From Octopus vulgaris (taxonomy: Eukaryota), in contig OX597823.1 of NCBI GenBank assembly GCA_951406725.2, positions 34,348,001-34,412,000 of the forward strand: a stretch of DNA of 64,000 nucleotides, written 5' to 3'. A program made the translations under genes and the position numbers. The notes beneath the pieces are model-generated. The model ran no database searches. It had not been told where the DNA came from and saw nothing but the letters and a program-made list of their open reading frames with translations. The first letter of the stretch is position 1; each line of letters starts with the position of its first letter. Shown in pieces: positions 13,781-27,195 of this stretch.

Positions 13781-15387
13781 CTATTATGCATAGTCCTCCA
13801 GGCAATAACAGAGGAATTCAAGACAGGATGCCCCTGGGAGCTCCTCTATGCTGATGACCTTGCTCTAATTTTTGAGTCACTATCAGAACAAGAGGAGAAG
13901 TTTCAGGTGTGGAAGCAAGGATTAGAATCGAAGGGCCTTAGAGTCAACCTAGCTAAAACCAAAGTCCTAATAAGTAGGAAGGCAGACAAGCCACAAATCC
14001 CTTCAGGTAGTTGGGCCTGCTCAATCTGTAGAAAAGGTGTAGGTAGAGACTCTATAAGATGTACCCAGTGTAAGCTATGGATACATAAGAGGTGCAACAA
14101 TATCAAAGGAAGGCTAACTGGGAAGATAGTTTTGTATGTGGCAGATGCTAGGGAGCAATAAACACTGAAAATGTGCAGAGAACAACTTCTGCCACATTCC
14201 AGGGAGAAAAACTAAAAGTAGTTGATAGCTTCCGTTACCTAGGTGACCAAGTCAGTAGTGGGGGTAGGTACACTGAAAGTGTAGCTGTTGGAATAAGAAT
14301 AGCCTGGGCAAAGTTCCGAGAGCTCTTACCTCTGCTGGAGACAAAGGACCTCTCACTCAGAGTAAAAGGTAGACTGTATGACATGTGTATGAACAGCCAT
14401 GCTACATGGCAGTGAAACATGGGCCATGACTGCTGAGGACATGAGTAAGCTTGCAAGGAATGAAGCCAGTATGCTCCACTGGATGTGTAATGTCAGTGTG
14501 CACACTCCACAGAGTGTAAGTACCTTGAGAGAAAAGTTGGATCTAAGAAGCATCAGATGTGGTGTGCAAGAGAGACGATTGCGTTGGTATGGTCATGTAG
14601 CAAGAATGGATAAAGATAGCTGTGTGAAAAAGTCCCACACCCTAGCGGTTGGGGGAACCTGTGGAAGAGGTAGACCCAGGAAGACCTGGGATGAGGTGGT
14701 GAAGCACGACCTTCGAACATTAGGCCTCACCGAGGCAATGACTAGTGACTGAGACCTTTGGAAATATGCTGTGCTTGAGAAGACCCGGCAAGCCAAATGA
14801 GACCATAACCCATGACCTATGCCAGGGGTGTAACCAGCCCACTTATGCGTACCTTTCCTTCATTGGACACGAAACTCTGCTTGCAAAGACCTTTTTGAGG
14901 CAAGTGAAATCGAAATCAAAATCAAATTCAATGACTGGCATCCATGCTAATGGAGCACTAAGAGCACCATCCGAGCGTGATTGTTGCCAGAGCAGCTGAC
15001 TGGCTTCTGTGACGGTGACATGTAAAAAGCACCATTCGAGCGTGTTCGTTACCAGTGTCGCCTTATTGGCACTTGAGCTGGTGGCATGTGAAATAATATT
15101 TCAGTGAAGTTGTGGCCAGTGCCGCTGGACTGGCTCCTGTGCAGGTGGCATATAAAAACACCATTTGAGTGTGGCCGTTGCTAGTACCGCCTGACTGGCC
15201 CTCATGCCGGTGGCAAGTAAAAGCACCCACTAAACTCTCAGAGTGGTTGGTGTTAGGAAGGGCATCCAGCTGTAGAAACTCTGCCAGATTAGATTGGAGC
15301 CTGGTACAGCCATCTGGTTCGCCAGTCCTCAGTCAAATTGTCCAATCCATGCCAGCATGGAAAGTGGATGTTAAACAATGATGATGC
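13781..15387 (+). mobile_element. 5'-truncated RTE-clade LINE (RT C-terminal half, 3' UTR, (GAT)n tail), frameshifted
   Basis: WELLYADDLALI, GLRVNLAKTKV, a PHD-like C..C insert, FRYLG, LHGSETW, RRLRWYGHV and GRGRPRKTW motifs spread over three frames. Confidence 0.9.
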
Positions 15388-18300
15388 TCTAGGTATGACT
15401 TGAAACTGCATTTGGTAGTGGATCTCTGGTTTGGGAGTTGCAGGGTTTTGAGGAATGTATGACTACCTTTTAGCTGCTATTGTTTCCAGGTCTACACTGA
15501 GCTGGATTAGCAGCATCTGTTTGGGTTCCAGCTATGGGTTATCTACCAAATGTGATGATGATCCATCTAAGCATGGGTATGCTGAAATACCTTTGGTTGG
15601 TGTTATGGCAACCACTGGGAGTGAGAGACCCCAAAGTGTTGACACAGCCTTCCTTCTAAAAGTGGAACATATTGATTTAAAACCATTGATTTCACATGCT
15701 TACAGGTCATCTCATTTCAACCTGTCACTATGCACTAATCATAGAGACTCAAAGAAAGGGGTACATGGTGTTTTACAAGGGTTTAACACTATAATCCAAT
15801 AAGGTAGAGACGTCTCTTTATGCTGACCTCATTTGTCATTGCATCTACTGAAAGTTCTATAGCAATGGGAAAATGGCAATTTGTGCATACTTAACCAGTT
15901 GATTAGGTCTGTAACAGGATTGAATAGTCATCTAAGAGGTCATGAATGGAAAGTCAGAAATGTCAATGACAATGAGGAAGCACAAAATGACCGCAATTAT
16001 CTGTGAAGATGAAGTAATCATTGTGTGTGTGTTTGTGTGCGTATGCCCATGGACATGTGTGCATGTGTGTGTCTGTGTGCATGCATGTGTGTGTGTGTGA
16101 CCTTGTCTTGACATTGTGTGATAGTTGTAAACAAGTGTCACTGTCATACAAGCAATGTCGTTCATTTCCTTCTGTGGAAACATGTCCAGTCATGGGGAAA
16201 TAGAACAGTACTTGGAAACAAGTGAGAGTTAGCAACAGGAAGGACATCCAGACATTGAAAATCTGCCTCTATGAATTCAATCTGACCCATGCAAATATGG
16301 AAAAGTGAACATTAACACATTGATGATGATGATGACGATGACAACAACAATGACGATGTAACATATGGAAATTCTGAGACTGAATCAATGACAATATGCC
16401 ATTGGTCCAGCATTACTGATATAGATTTGTTGCCGTGGTCCAGATGTTTTAGTCTTTCATTATGTTTTATCAAGTTCATTAGCAATTAATCAACATGGTG
16501 CACGTGACATGTCTATGACATCTCTACATCAAGCCAGTTGTAGTATCCAGGACTGATTTGTTTCATTCAGGCCATGACTCTTACTTAATTTCATGTTGTT
16601 GAGTAAGATTTTTTTTATTTTGAAATATTTTTAGAATTAATTACTCTATAAAAATCAGACTCCAAAACTAATAAACACCCAGGATAATTAATTGCATCAC
16701 ATTTTATCCCGTATTTTCGGAGATGTTTGTCTTCCATATTTAGGTTTCCTGACCAACCATTAACGATGTTAAATGATGATGATGGCAATGATGACAACTT
16801 CATGACTGATTCAATTTCTTTGGTAGTGACTGATGTTTCCATTTATAACTTTCATGTCATTCAAACCAAGATGCAAAATGATTTTTATGACTTAGATTAA
16901 AATCAGCTGTGTGTGATTAAGCTCACTTCACAACCGGTTGGTCTTTGCATTCAGTCCTGCAGCATGGCACCTTAGGCAAATGTCTTCAACTATAGCTCTA
17001 GGTGAACCAATGTCTTGTGAGTAAATTTGGTAGATGGAAACTGTGTGGAAGCCTGTCAAGTGTATGGGTGTGTGTATGTTTTTGTGTTTGTCCTCCCACA
17101 GCTTGACAACCAGTGTTGGTTTGTTTACATCTCTGTAACATAGTGGTTCAGTTAAGGAAGCTGACAAAGTAAGTACCAAACTTAAAATAAGTACTGGGGT
17201 CCATTTGTTCGACTAACCCCACAAGATAGTACTCCAGTATGGCTGCAGTCCAATGACTTACAAAAGTAAAAGCGTAAAAGAGGTTGAATTGGCAGTCTTC
17301 ATAATCCATTAGCAATTCCTTGTTACTTTAAGAGCTTTACACCACACTAAATATATTTGCATGACACCAATAACATTGCCCAACCACGCAGTGGCTGAGA
17401 TGTATATACTGGTATATTTCTCTCTGATGAGATAATATGTGTGTATTATTAGCAACATGTGATCAGTGATTAATTCAAAATGTTACCCATATATGAATTC
17501 ATTAAATTTGTGAAGGTCAGATATAATTGGTAATTAGCTATTTGCAATCATCAATGTTGATACGCATTCAATATTTTACACAAATGAACTAATCAATGTT
17601 CAACTCCACTTTGATGTTGTCACAGAAGTGCAACTGTGATGCATCTACTGCCAAAACTACTGGCAAATTTCTGTAGTAATGCGAGACTTGTGTCTTCGAT
17701 TAATCACTTGTCGGTTCAACTCATCAAAACTTCATCAACAATCCTTACTTGAATAGTACCTTTTTTTCTTTTTTGTTAAATTGACATTTCAAGTCATGAC
17801 TATTTAACTGATAAAATATTATTTTTAAATTATTCAAATATTCTTCATCTGTTGCCATGGTAACAATGATATCATCCACATACACAGCACAATGCTCTAA
17901 TACTGATAGCATTTCATTAACAAGACATTAACTATAGCATACTGGAAATTTTAAATGACATTCACTTGTACTTGTAAAGAGCAAAAGGTGTATTTATCAT
18001 GAATAATTTTTGTGAGTCTTCTATTAACTCAAACTGTTAAATAATCATTTTTTAAACTGATATGCTGAAGTTTTACCCACCCTCCGGTTTATAGAATAAT
18101 TCATTGTATCTTGGCACTGAATTTATGAGCTTTTAAATTCCTGTCATTCTCTCAATCCCGTTAGAAATAAGAGATTTTGATGAAATGCTGTGAGACCAGT
18201 ATAAAAGTCATTAAAACATAATCAGTGCATGAATTTGGATAAAACTGGCTGATATGATGTGATCACTGTTGATGTACGTAATTGAGAATATGTGGTTTTT

Positions 18301-18941
18301 ACCTGTTGTCATGTCACTTTTACTTGCCGAGGTAGGTTGAATACAAGTAAGTTGATTACATGGAAGTATAGTCACACATATTTGCCAAATGTTGAGTTGT
18401 GTCTCAGAACTGAATTTGTGTTCGAGTTAGCCTCTGTAACTTGGTTAGTTGCATAACTATTATCAGAAAAAAGCATTCTGAAGTGTCCCTTCATCTCCTC
18501 TACTGATGTAATGCCTTTTCCTGAGGCAAACCTCATGGATTACCTGGACAAAAATTTCATTAGGAAAATGTTGAAGAAAATACTCAATGGACTTTGCTTA
18601 TAAAAGGTTTGTGGGACTCACACTAACGAAAGCATTGATGTAATGATCAAATATAAAAACCACTCTAAACCTGCTCAGAATCAATAAAGCCTAACACCAA
18701 ATAGATCACTGGTGTGTATAAATAACACTGATTTCTCTCTGATTATTTTTTCCAAGTCAAAGCTCTCTTTCTCTAACTAAATCATTAATATATAATTATG
18801 AATAAATAACATCACTAAATCCTAACTCACAGCCAGAGGTATACCTGCCATAATGTCTGAAAGTTCTTTCTAAAGTGAGGTTAAATTTTGTTTCTCACAT
18901 GGAAGAGATCTCTCCCAAACAATAACAACAACACTGTCTAA

Positions 18942-19511
18942 CCCTTTATCATTTAAACCAGCCATAAACCAGATCTAATTATTCTACCTGTTTTATGTTC
19001 TAACTCACCAGATCTGGCCTCTCACACCTTCCCTACAATGTCATTCTAAAAATAAAGAGTCACATCATCAAAACCTCAAAGCTATGATGCATGATTAAGT
19101 CAAAACAATCATTATCATTTTCGTCTAATGTCTGCTTTCCATGCTGGCATGGGTTGGACGGTTTGACTGGGGACTGGTGAGCCAGAAGGCTGCACCATAC
19201 TCCAATCTGATCTGGCAAAGTTTCTATAGCTGGATGCTCTTCCTAAAGCCAACCACTTCGAGAGTGTAGTAGGTGCTTTTATGTGCCACCGGCACGAGGG
19301 CCAGTCAAGCAGTTCTGGAACAGCCACACTCAAAAGGTGTTTTTTATGTGCTACCTGCACGGGAGCCAGTCTGGCGACACTGGCAACAACCAGCAACAAC
19401 TCGAATATTGTTTTTCACATGCCACCAGCACATGTGCCGGTAAGGTGACGCTGGCAACAATCAAATATGAATAAATATATCATTCAACAGAGTAATCTGA
19501 ATGCTAAAGGG
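18942..19511. mobile_element. piggyBac-type MITE with a nested RTE 3'-end copy (about 19110-19460, minus)
   Basis: TIRs CCCTTTA(T)CATT / AATGCTAAAGGG with TTAA-like flanks (ctaa, ttga). Confidence 0.6.
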
Positions 19512-21419
19512 TTGAACTGCAGTTATATGTGGTTCAAGACCCAGCAACAGTTGTGGCTACTTGCAGAACAGGACTTATTAGTTTCAATGTACTTCATGGT
19601 CCAATTCTGTTTTTACCAGTTCGTTTTCTGAAAAAAAGGTAATGATCAGGTAATAATATTACTATTTTCTAATAAATTAGTTTTACATAAGGACCAATTC
19701 AAATTGTGGCCTGACATTTTGTGCAACAGTCTAAGCCAGCTGAAAATATTTTGGAATATTTACTCTCTTTTACTTATTTCAGTCATTTGACTGTGGCCAT
19801 GCTGGAGCAGCACTTTTAGTCGAGCAAATCAACCCCAGAGCTTATTCTTTGTAAGCCTAGTACTTATTCTATCAGTCTCTTTTGCCGAACCACTAAATTA
19901 CAGGGACATAAACACACCAGCATTGGTTGTCAAGCAATGTTGGTGGGGGACAAACACAGACACCCACATATATATACAAATATATGATGGGCTTCTTCCA
20001 GTTTCTGTCTACCAAATTCACTCATAAGGCTTTGGTCGGCCCGAGGCTATAGTAGAAGACACTTGCCCAAGGTACAATGCAGTGGGACTGAACCCAGGAC
20101 AATGTGGTTGGTAAACAAGCTACTTACCACACAGTCACTCCTATGCCTAGTGTATAAATCATTGATTTTTATCTTTAATATTCAAATCAGTAGTAGGACT
20201 GTGAACATTATTATCAATACAAGTTATATTACTGAACAATGAAATTGACAACACATTAATTAAATGCTTTTAACCAACTCCTTCTCAATAAATATGAACC
20301 CATTTCAGGATCAATAGCTTCTAGATTTTGTGGCTGTTTATTTTCCTTTTAATATTTCTAATGGATATTTTTCTTGAATTGGAACTTTTTTTACTACAAT
20401 GAGGATTTAACTTTATCTATACATGTTCTAAATGATGAAGTATTTTATATGCATTAAAATCAAAGTTCTAGAGATGCTAGTATATCACTCAAATTTAATC
20501 AACTTATTACTGATTTGTGCCAAAATATAACATTCCTAATCTCTTCATACAAATTGTTTTGTAATCATCATCATTGTTTAACATCTGTTTTCCATGCTGG
20601 CATGGGTTGGACGATTCAACTGGGGTCTGGGAAGCCAGAAAGCTGCACAAGGCTCCAGTCTGATCTGGCAGTGTTTCTACAGCTGGATGCCCTTCCTAAC
20701 ACCAACCATTCCGAGAGTGTAGTGGGTGCTTTTTACATACCACCAGCACAGGAGCCAGAGGGGGCTGGCAATGACCACAATCGGTTGGTACTTTTTACAT
20801 GCCACCAGCATGGAAGTCAGTCAAGGCAGTGCTGTCATCGGCCACATTCAGATGGTGCTTTTTATGTGCCACCATATATATATATATATTGAATTGGCTT
20901 CAATATTTCATAGGTGCATGCATGGCTGTGTGGTTAAGAAGTTTGCTTTCTAACTGTGTGGTTTCTGGTTCATTCCCACTACATAGCACTTTGGGTAAAT
21001 GTCTTTTAATATAGTTCTGGACCAACTAAAGCCTTGTGAGTAGCTTTGGTAGGTGGAAACCGAAAGAAGCCCATCTTCTATGTTGATGTGTGTGTCTCCC
21101 TGTCTTGACGTCACATGATAGATGTAAATGAGAAAAACTCTCATACATGTAGTATTGTTTATTTCAAATCTTCCATAAAAAAAAACATGTCTGGCCAAGG
21201 GAAAATATTACCTTGCTTGGAAGCAGGTGAGAATTCATGACAAGAAAGACACCCAACCACGGAAAATTTGCATCAACAAATTCCGTTGGTTCCAAGAAAG
21301 CTTTGAAAAGTGAATATTAAGTGAGGATGATCTTTACAGACTTCATACAGAATTATTATCATGGTAACTGAAATTTTTAGAATTGCTTGGATAATTTTGT
21401 AGTTATTATTATTATTATT

Positions 21420-21647
21420 GGGTGGTATCAAACCCAATGCTCTAATGACAATAGGGATAACCTTTATGTTTGACTCTTGTAGCTGCCACATTTTAGTGAT
21501 CTCAATTCTAAGGTCTCCATATTTATCAGCCTTTTCTCATCCTTTCTTGATGATATATTGCTCTCCTGGCACTGCCATGTCGATTACTAGGTGCTCTTGT
21601 CTGTCCCTCCTAAAGGTTACTATATCCGGCCATCAGTGCTCTAATAC

Positions 21648-21650
<3 letters not shown>
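21420..21650 (-). mobile_element. R4/Dong-like REL endonuclease fragment inside (TAA)n repeats
   Basis: KADKYGDLRIEITKMWQL..VIPIVIRALGLIP, with (TTA)n on both sides. Confidence 0.7.
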
Positions 21651-21680
<30 letters not shown>

Positions 21681-23963
21681 CATTATTATTTTAGATTGAT
21701 TTCAGGGCATTTTAGTCACTAACCAGGTCTCTACCTGATACCTAAGGCTAGTAACTGTCATAATGATAGGAATTTTCTCAAGAGATGGACTTTTGGACAT
21801 TGTATATATTTGGTATTCCGGGTTTTTTATCAATGAAGATTGAAGCCCCTTTTTTAACCTTCTTCAAACATGCATAGTGCTCCTACTGGTAGAGTAACTG
21901 TTCTAAGTTTCCATATTCTGCTGATTTCCATAAGTATAATTACCATTAAGGCAGTAAGCTGGCAGAATCATTAGCGCGCTGAATGAAACGCTTAGCGTCA
22001 TTTTGCCCAACGCTATTCTCTGAGTTCAAATTCCACCAAAGTCAACTTTGCCTTTCATCTTTTCAGGGTCAATAAATTTAGTACCAGTGTAACACTGAGA
22101 TCAATGTAATCGACTAGTCCCTTCCCCTTAAATTTCAGGCCTTGTGCCTTTGGTAGAAAGTATTATTATTATCATTATCATCATCATTATTATTATTATT
22201 ACCATTTTCATTTGATGTTACATTTATAAAAAGATTTATTTTTCTACATGAATTACATTTTTGTCCCCTTATGTGAACAATATTTTTCTGGGTTCTCTGT
22301 GGTTGATTTGACATTGCACAAACTTTCTATTATTTTATATTATATTTATCTGAAATTTGTCACAAATAGCTTTATTTTTAATATAATTCAATCATCATCG
22401 TCATCAATAATATTGTAAAAATATTCCTATTGCCCTAGTAAACCCATTCTGTCAAAAATGACAGCATTTCATTTTAAAATAAATAAGCTCAAATTAAAAT
22501 GAAATAAATGCATCAACATACACACACCTTACAACTGATATAGATAAATGCTTGACTTAGTGAGGATAATAGTTTGTTTTTTTATGAAAATTCTTTCAAG
22601 AATTGAATTCAAAGAGTTTGAAAATTTTCACCCCTTAAAGGAGTTTAACAGTGAACTTCATGATAAAAAATTTATGTAAACAATAGATATAAATGCATAA
22701 TTTAGCAGAAAAGAAATATATATTACATGTGTGAGTATACATGAATCTCACAGATGTGTATGTATGATGTGGTTGTATGCTTGAATTGGAAGAGGCTTTT
22801 TTTTTACTTTTGTTTTTCTGATTTACTTTTGCCGCTTGAATTTTGAAGACCAGAACTAAAGATGGAAAATATTTCGAAGTCTATGATTGAGTCATAATCA
22901 CCAACAATGCCATTTATATTCCTTTCTTCTCTTACCCTTCCACTACTAGTACACTTTAGTGGGACAGCAAAAAACAAAATAATAATAATAAATATATTTA
23001 CATATAAATACACAATCAAGTTTATTATAATAGACTACACTCTCCGAGTGGTTGGCATTAGAAAGAGCATCCGTCTGAAGAAACTTTGTCAAATCAGATT
23101 GAGTCTTGTGCAGCCGCTGGTTCACCAGTCCTCAGTCAAACCGTCCAACCCATGCCAGCATGGAAAGCAGACATTAAACAACGACAATGATGCCTGTTAT
23201 ACCACTAAGTAGTAGTTCAGCTTTAACAAGAATAGATTTTGCAACAAATCTGTGTTCCAACTCAAATACATTTGGATTAGGTTGTAGGTTAATGATGGTT
23301 TCTAGGTACATAGAAAATATGTTCTCAATTTGTCTGTCATGATTTTGTTTTGCTCCTGCATTTAGTGGAGAAAGAATATTATTTGTGCATCTGATTCAAT
23401 TTCAGAAAATTTCAACCAAGAAGGCTACTTTTCTATCAATAGTCTACAAGGAAGATTTCTTTTGTGAAATACTGTGAAGAGAAACTTGACAAAATTATAT
23501 GACAAACAGGAAAATCTACTGAAATTATTTGATGGAAAAACAATCTGTCAAAAGTAAAATAATGTTGACAAGTTGAACTATTATTAATAATAATAATAAT
23601 TGACTGCAAGAATTCATCACAGGGTTCTTGAAGCAGGACCAGTAAACAAGTGTCACCCTAATCTGCTGGCTCTGGACAGCTGACACATTCCATCATACCC
23701 AGCAAAATAAGCTGTGAGGTTTCATATAATAATAATGGTTTTAAATTTTGGTACAAGGCAAGTAATTTGAGGGGAGGGGTTAAGTTGATTAGATTGACCC
23801 CCAGTACACGACTGGTACTTATTTTACCAAGTCTTAAAGGATGAAAGACAAAGTTGACCTTGGCGGAATTTGATTTCAGAATGGAGTTATGGCTGAAATA
23901 CCACTAAGCATTTCATCGATTCTGCCAGCTCCCTGCTTTAATAATAACAATAACAACAATAAC

Positions 23964-24010
<47 letters not shown>

Positions 24011-25172
24011 TAATAGAACTTCTTCTGATGAAACCTTGCACTTAAATTTTATAGACTGATTTTGGTGAGAGCCTTTCTGATAAAGTCAACATCCACATGG
24101 TTCCTGTTATTGGAACCAGTGACTAAAAGAAGGCATAAGGTTATAAGTATTTCTAATTCTCAAACCTTTCATTGATTAAGATCAAGGCATGGATCATAAT
24201 CTCCAAATGCTCAACCACACTGTGCAACACCTTGGCCAAGTGGCTTCTATTACAACAACAAAAACAATCCTTTCTACTCTAGGCACAAGTCCTGAAATTT
24301 GTTGGGAGGAGAATGAGTCAATTACATTGACCCCTGTACACAACTGGTACTTATTTCATTGACCCCAGAGGGACGAAAGGCAAAATCAACCCAGCAGAAT
24401 TTGAACTCAGAACATAGCAACAGAAGAAATGTTACTAAGCAGTTTGTCCAGCATACGAATGAATATTAAGGTGGCAAGACCACCTTAATATAATGATGAT
24501 GATGATGATGAAATCATAAATATTGATGAGGTGAAAATCTCAACAAACAATAAAAATAATTAGATAATTAATTATGATAAATAATGATTAAATTTATGTT
24601 TCCCACATCCAGCACCATTGTTGTAGCAAAACAAATGAAAATTTCAATTTCAACACCTACAGATATTACATATAATAATAATGTATTGTTGAATTGAAGT
24701 AATCTTTTCTACTCTAGGCACAAGGCCAAAAAGTTTTGGGGAGGGGGTTCAGTCAATTAGATCGACTCCAGTATGCAACTGGTACTTAATTTATTGACTC
24801 CAAAAGGATGAAAGCAAAGTCGACCTCAGTGGAAGTTGAACTCAGAATGTAAAGAGAGATGAAATACCACTAAACATTTTGCCCGGTGTGCTAATATTTC
24901 TGCCAGTTTGGCACCTTTGAATTGAAGTAATTCTTCCAGAAATCAGGATTCACACCTGGAATACAACTAACAGTGTAAAAAAAAAAAATGGAAAAGTAAA
25001 ACTGCTACATACATAAGGTTTTCATCTAGCAGTGCAGGACCATACATATATGAATATAATTGGAGGATATGTTAACCTCATGAAGGTATGGTTGCATCCA
25101 AAGAAAAACTGGTTCAATAACTACTATTTTTGGAGAATGAATTTCCTCAAAATAATAGGTATATATAAAGCA

Positions 25173-25384
25173 TATAGTTTTTATCCATTTAAAAGAAAAC
25201 AAAAGGGAGATCAGGAAGTTAATAATAGTTTATTATTAACAAATTGGTCATCTTCGCTTCTTACAGCTGTTTCAATTAACAGGGCTATAAAAAGCAAAAA
25301 TGAGCAATTTGTTGTTAAAAATAAATAATTATCAACTTCCTAATCTCCATTTTGTTCTCTTCTTTTAAATGGTTATAAACTATA
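25173..25384. mobile_element. MITE-like element with about 55-bp imperfect TIRs
   Basis: TATAGTTT..CCATTTAAAAGAA..GGAGAT.AGGAAGTT.ATAAT at the left, its reverse complement at the right, TA flanks. Confidence 0.6.
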
Positions 25385-25997
25385 TATATATATAGTGAGT
25401 GAGAAAGGGGGGAGGGAAGGATGGAGAGATAGAGGTGTGAAAGAAAGATACATGCACGTGACACAAACATGCCAAAGATGCATGTGAAATACATGTGAGA
25501 AACTCAGAGTGTGCACCTGTCCAACATAAAATATATTAAATATCACATGTACAGAAGTTTTCACCCTTATAAGGATGATACCACCCTTTACTCTTCTGTA
25601 ACCTACCATACCCAAGTATTGTCAACATGCAACTTAGAATCTCCAGACCAAGAACATTAATCACCTTGATCTCAGCAATCTGAGAGGACTTACAGTTGCT
25701 ATAGGCACAGCTCATTTCTCCTCCAAAAAGTAGAAACAAATATCCAAAACAGCTGTCAAGATAAGACTATTACATCATTCCGTTCGTTTATTTGTATTCC
25801 ATGTAAATACACTCATTAAGCCTACTTGGATTTATCTGCCCTTTTTTACCTCCAGACCTACTCAACAAAGATTGTTGTTATGGCTGACTTTCAACATTGG
25901 AGCCACCTGTCTTGAATGAAGGAGCTGGAATTTAAGTTCTCATTTATCTGAGCAATACTTTGTGAATATCTATACCATGCCTACTTTAGCATTCTCC

Positions 25998-26106
<109 letters not shown>

Positions 26107-26785
26107 CATACAGAAGAGTTGGAGGTGATATTATGCTAAGAGATGAGAGAAGGTTCATTATATGTACAACACACACACACTTACGCATATATATAATCAT
26201 CATTACTTAATGTTCATGTTGCATGCTGGCATAGGTAAGATTGTTTGGCTGGATCCAAGGGGCCTAGGACTACTTAGTATGGTGCCAATGTCTACTGTGG
26301 CATGGTTCTACACCTAGATGCCTTTCCTAACACCAACCACTTATACAGATGACCAAGATGCTTTTTTCATAGTACCACCACTCATGGGGTCACCATGCAA
26401 TTTGTAAGACTAACATGCTTTTTCATTGAGTAGGTCTACAGAAGAGAGGGAGGTGGTATTATGCTAGGAAATGAGAAAGGGTTCATTATATGTATATTAT
26501 ACACACACACACATATGCATACATATATACATGCACATGTATGTATATATGAATCTGAATCTATATGTATTACACCAACAAACAAAATAAGAGCTAAAAC
26601 CTTAAGGTAAGCTATTCGACAAACCTGAGACCTTTAAGCAAATATTTATGTAAGGATAGGAGCCAGTTGATCATTGGTAACTGTCCCACCCAGAAATATT
26701 AAAACTCCAAGAGAGGAATTGGTCCTATAATCATTACGTTAGCAGTCTAACACCTTGTTTACTTAGACATTCCATTATATAGTAG

Positions 26786-27195
26786 AGATGAGAAAGAAAA
26801 TGGTGGGGGTTTGTCTGATGAGAGAGAAAGAGGTGGGGGTTTGTCTGATGAGAGAGAAAGAGGTGGGGTTTTGTCTGATGAGTGAGAAAGTGGCGAGGGT
26901 TTGTCTGATGAGAGTGAAAGTGGCGAGGGTTTGTCTGATGAGAGAGAAAGTGGTGGAGGTTTGTCTGATGTGAGAGAAAGAGGTGGGGGTTTGTCTGATG
27001 AGAGAGAAAGTGGTGGGGGTTTGTCTGATGGGAGAGAAAGAGGTGGGGGTTTGTCTGATGAGAGAAAAAGTGGTGGGGGTTTGTCTGATGACAGAGAAAG
27101 AGGTGGGGTTTGTCTGATGAGAGAGAAAGAGGTGGGGGGTTTGTCTGATGGGAGAGAAAGAGGTGGGGGCTTGTGTGATGAGAGAGAAAGAGGTG
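26786..27195. repeat. 30-bp minisatellite, about 14 copies
   Basis: Unit GATGAGAGAGAAAGAGGTGGGGGTTTGTCT. Confidence 0.95.
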
